Assembly (NCBI GenBank): GCA_963710755.1
Contig: CAVQBK010000003.1
Location: 64,001 to 128,000, forward strand
Source: an uncultured bacterium
GTDB taxonomy: Bacteria > Oederibacteriota > JAAXVQ01 > JAUVAV01
Direction of reading: 5' to 3'
DNA length: 64,000 nucleotides
The notes beneath the pieces are model-generated. The model made no database searches, was not told where the DNA came from, and worked only from the letters and a program-made list of their open reading frames with translations. How positions within the stretch are numbered: the first letter of the stretch is position 1; the number at the start of each line of letters is the position of its first letter. This document shows, piece after piece, positions 61,095 through 64,000 of this stretch. A program made the position numbers and the translations under genes.

Positions 61095-64000
61095 TTACTC
61101 TACCTTGACAGCTTGGCCTAGTGGCCGTCGTCCATCCTGTTGGGATCTGACCGGCTGCAACGGACAAGCAGCACCGATACAGGTTCTATTGCTGCTGTAC
61201 TGACTGCAGCTGAAGTCTTCGTCAGCCGTCAGGGTGATGTCCAGTTCTTCCCGCGAGAAATCAGCCACCTGTTTGAGCACGGTCACTACTTCCCGCTGAC
61301 AGCACCGGGCAGCTTTGAAATCAGAGAGCTTGCCTCCCAGCCGTGACACCAAAGATTGCACATGCCGCCTGGGACCGGGCGTCAAGGGCGTACTTTTTTC
61401 AATAATGGAAAAAGCAATGCCCGCGCCAATGGCGGCCCCGCATATACCCATGAACCCGCACATGCCGCCCGGCATTTTTTGGGCTCTGGTCAAAGCGGTT
61501 TTAATATCCTGATTGGTAATGGTGCCGCCACTGTTACGATAGGCTGTTAAAATCAATGCCGGCACTAAGGCATGATGTTCCGGACCGTGCTGGGGAATTT
61601 GGTAGCGGTTTTTAAATTCATGGTACAAGGTGATCATGTCGGTAGCCGTGGCTTGCAGGCAGAACACTTCCATGGCTTCCAGCGGTTTTTGGGCATGACA
61701 GCGGTCACATACAAAATGGCCGCGGGCACAAACCGCATTGGCCGGTTGCCGGGTGTGACACCGTTCGCAGAGCCGTTCTTCCTCCTGGGCCAAATAGGCC
61801 AGGGGCGCGCCGCAGATCAGGCATTCTTCCATATGATCATTCTGCGGCTGATCGCAATCACAGGCCGATGGCTGCCCGTCCTGGTCTCGGCTACAACTGC
61901 TCTCTTGCGCCTGCACTTCCAGGTTGCAGCTGCAGGCAGCACCCAGGGCTGAGTTGGTCAGGGCCCCGGTCTGGGGATCGAGCAGTACCAGCCCTTGTGC
62001 TTCCAGACGCTCCGCCTCCCCTGCGGTCACGGACAGGCTTTGACGCTCTCCCCGGCGGATAATCTGGCCATTATCCAGCACCAGAGCCCGTCCCGGTCCG
62101 GTGAACAGCACCTCCATATGTTGGGGAGCAGCTGGTTTAAAAGCTTGATAGGTCAGACTGTAGAAACGATGGCCTTGCACTTCGCGGTAGGGCGCACGTT
62201 TGAGGGCTTGCGCCTGGGCAAAGCCCATGTCCTGTAACAGAGAGAACAAGTAGGTCTGCACATAGGCGCCGCCCAGACACTCGCCTTTCATTTTTTGGCT
62301 TGAGCGAATGGCCAGGGAAGGCTCGGTTTCCGTCACCACATCGGAGATCACCATCCTGCCCCCTGGTTTTAGGACCCGCAGAATTTCCCGAAACACGCGA
62401 CGCTTATTGCTGGTGAGATTGATCACGCAATTGGAAATCACCACATCTACGCTCTCATCGGGCCAGGGCAGGTTTTCCAGATAACCCTTCTTGAAGGTTA
62501 TGTTGGGATACCCCAGATTCCGTTCCACCTGAGGTTGCGATTGCAAGGCAAGATTCAACATGGCGTCGGTCATGTCCACACCCCAGGCTTGACCTTGCGG
62601 GCCCACCTGCTTGGCGGCCATGAATACTTCCACCCCGGCGCCGCATCCCAGATCCAGCACCACCTCTCCTGCTGCAGGGCAGGCATCATTCACCGGTGAC
62701 CCACAACCATATTGGCGGACCCGTCCTTCCTGGGGGATAAACGCCACCTGGCTGTCTTGATAATGAACGGGGTTTAAAATGCTCTGGTCCACGGTCAGGG
62801 CCCGCTGGGTGTAAAACCGGCGGACCAGGCTGTGCTGGTCACCAGCACCCAGGGAAAGTAAACAATTGCCGTGGGTAAAGTTAATGGTCTCCCCAGCCGG
62901 GCAGTTGGTGCTCACATCGCCCATGCGCAACACCAGGCCAATGGACTCAGGCACGGGCAACTCCTGGCAGGCCTCCTCAAGCAGCATGACTAACATAGCC
63001 TCGTACAAAGGCATGTAGGGGTCCTGGCCCAACAGCTGGCCAGGCGCATGGTTATAGGCCCGGTGATCAAGATCTCCCCCACCCAAAATAAATTTCCAGG
63101 GATAGTCTTTCTGATCGTCCAGATCCAGCACGGACAGCCGGCGCAAGCGCTCCAACCGGTCACTGTGGCGCCACAGCTCTTCCAGGCTGTCTTCCACCAG
63201 CCCGCAATCAAAGTCAGCCATGCCCACCAAGGCCGGGGTGGGATAAACATGCCTGTCGGGACCTATACACAGTGATTCCCAACCGGCGTTGGTTAAATCA
63301 AAGCGTGTGCCTATGGGAGAAAAAAGCTGGGATCGTAAGGCTTCCAAATTATCGATGGTTATACCCAGCGTCTTGGCCCGCGCCGCGGCTTGTCTAAAGT
63401 TGTCGATCAGCCGTCTGCTTTCCAGCAGGGGCAAATTCTGACCCTGGCCCCTTTGGAAATGCCACATCCAATGGATGGTACTAATCCTGTGCCGGGCCAT
63501 CTCGTCCACCATGGCCGCCATGTCATCCACATTTACCGAATTAACGGCCATGACCACACTGCACGATAAGCCCCGGGCCATGGCCTTGGTCACTGCCTGC
63601 AGCACCGGCTTATAGGTGCCCGGACCACGCAGGGCCTCATGTTCTTTTTCCAGCCCGTCCAGACTGACTTGGAAATGGAGCCGTTGCCGGTCCAGGCCGG
63701 CCAGACGATCCACTTGGGGGCCTAAGGCCAACCCATTGGTCAATACAGCCACGTGCAGGTCCGGCAGGCCCAAACACCAGGCAAGCAGATCCATAAACCC
63801 GGGATAAACAAAAGGTTCCCCCCCGGTGAAGACCACCAGCCGCGTGCCCAGGGCATAGGCTTGCTTAATCCAGTTGTGCACATCCGCCAACAGCAGCTCC
63901 CTGCCCTGACCACCAGACTTGCAGTTAAACAGGCAGTGGCTGCAATTCAAATTGCAGTTATCCGTAAGATGAATCCAAAATTCCGAAAGGTGCTTAAGCG
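61095..64000 (-). CDS. Radical SAM + ArsM-like methyltransferase + Cys-rich (DUF5714-like) fusion; 5' end lies beyond the window
   Basis: Frame open to the window edge: EFWIHLTDNCNLNCSHC, FTGGEP, TNG, SLDG; YGCGSP, DLGCGAG, SNCVINL, GECLGGA; CLIC, HGPEHH, CGFMGICG, RCCQR. Confidence 0.9.
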   Translation of the reverse strand, partial: LKHLSEFWIHLTDNCNLNCSHCLFNCKSGGQGRELLLADVHNWIKQAYALGTRLVVFTGGEPFVYPGFMDLLAWCLGLPDLHVAVLTNGLALGPQVDRLAGLDRQRLHFQVSLDGLEKEHEALRGPGTYKPVLQAVTKAMARGLSCSVVMAVNSVNVDDMAAMVDEMARHRISTIHWMWHFQRGQGQNLPLLESRRLIDNFRQAAARAKTLGITIDNLEALRSQLFSPIGTRFDLTNAGWESLCIGPDRHVYPTPALVGMADFDCGLVEDSLEELWRHSDRLERLRRLSVLDLDDQKDYPWKFILGGGDLDHRAYNHAPGQLLGQDPYMPLYEAMLVMLLEEACQELPVPESIGLVLRMGDVSTNCPAGETINFTHGNCLLSLGAGDQHSLVRRFYTQRALTVDQSILNPVHYQDSQVAFIPQEGRVRQYGCGSPVNDACPAAGEVVLDLGCGAGVEVFMAAKQVGPQGQAWGVDMTDAMLNLALQSQPQVERNLGYPNITFKKGYLENLPWPDESVDVVISNCVINLTSNKRRVFREILRVLKPGGRMVISDVVTETEPSLAIRSSQKMKGECLGGAYVQTYLFSLLQDMGFAQAQALKRAPYREVQGHRFYSLTYQAFKPAAPQHMEVLFTGPGRALVLDNGQIIRRGERQSLSVTAGEAERLEAQGLVLLDPQTGALTNSALGAACSCNLEVQAQESSCSRDQDGQPSACDCDQPQNDHMEECLICGAPLAYLAQEEERLCERCHTRQPANAVCARGHFVCDRCHAQKPLEAMEVFCLQATATDMITLYHEFKNRYQIPQHGPEHHALVPALILTAYRNSGGTITNQDIKTALTRAQKMPGGMCGFMGICGAAIGAGIAFSIIEKSTPLTPGPRRHVQSLVSRLGGKLSDFKAARCCQREVVTVLKQVADFSREELDITLTADEDFSCSQYSSNRTCIGAACPLQPVRSQQDGRRPLGQAVKVE

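Overview
Bacterial chromosomal window of about 40 genes, mixing housekeeping and accessory functions. The protein styles (an APNP...GVY...KKIALIK type-A-sorting-like C-terminal domain and a giant cargo protein) suggest a candidate-phylum diderm such as FCPU426 or an Elusimicrobia relative; this is inference only. Housekeeping genes: pepF, mlaEFD, typA, gpmA, gnd-zwf-pgl, trxA/trxB, ygiD and tRNA-fMet. Main points of interest: (1) a translationally coupled operon of an ArsM-like methyltransferase, an unannotated 41-aa vicinal-Cys peptide, a radical SAM/SPASM enzyme, thioredoxin and thioredoxin reductase (candidate arsenic-linked RiPP system); (2) a radical SAM-ArsM-Cys-rich fusion plus a triple glycosyltransferase fusion (TIGR04282/TIGR04283-like), separated by the oxidative pentose phosphate genes; (3) a giant gene of about 2,100 codons, split by two slippage-type frameshifts, carrying a site-2 protease and a truncated PPDK, next to tRNA-fMet; (4) a kamA + 2 ATP-grasp + GNAT + GNAT-HDAC cluster; (5) a CmoA homologue with Glu at the Cx-SAM-binding Arg position; (6) an AT-rich island bounded by a decayed copy of the neighbouring gene; (7) a 4x246-bp tandem array of REP-like palindromes. 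All calls come from reading motifs by eye; no searches were run.
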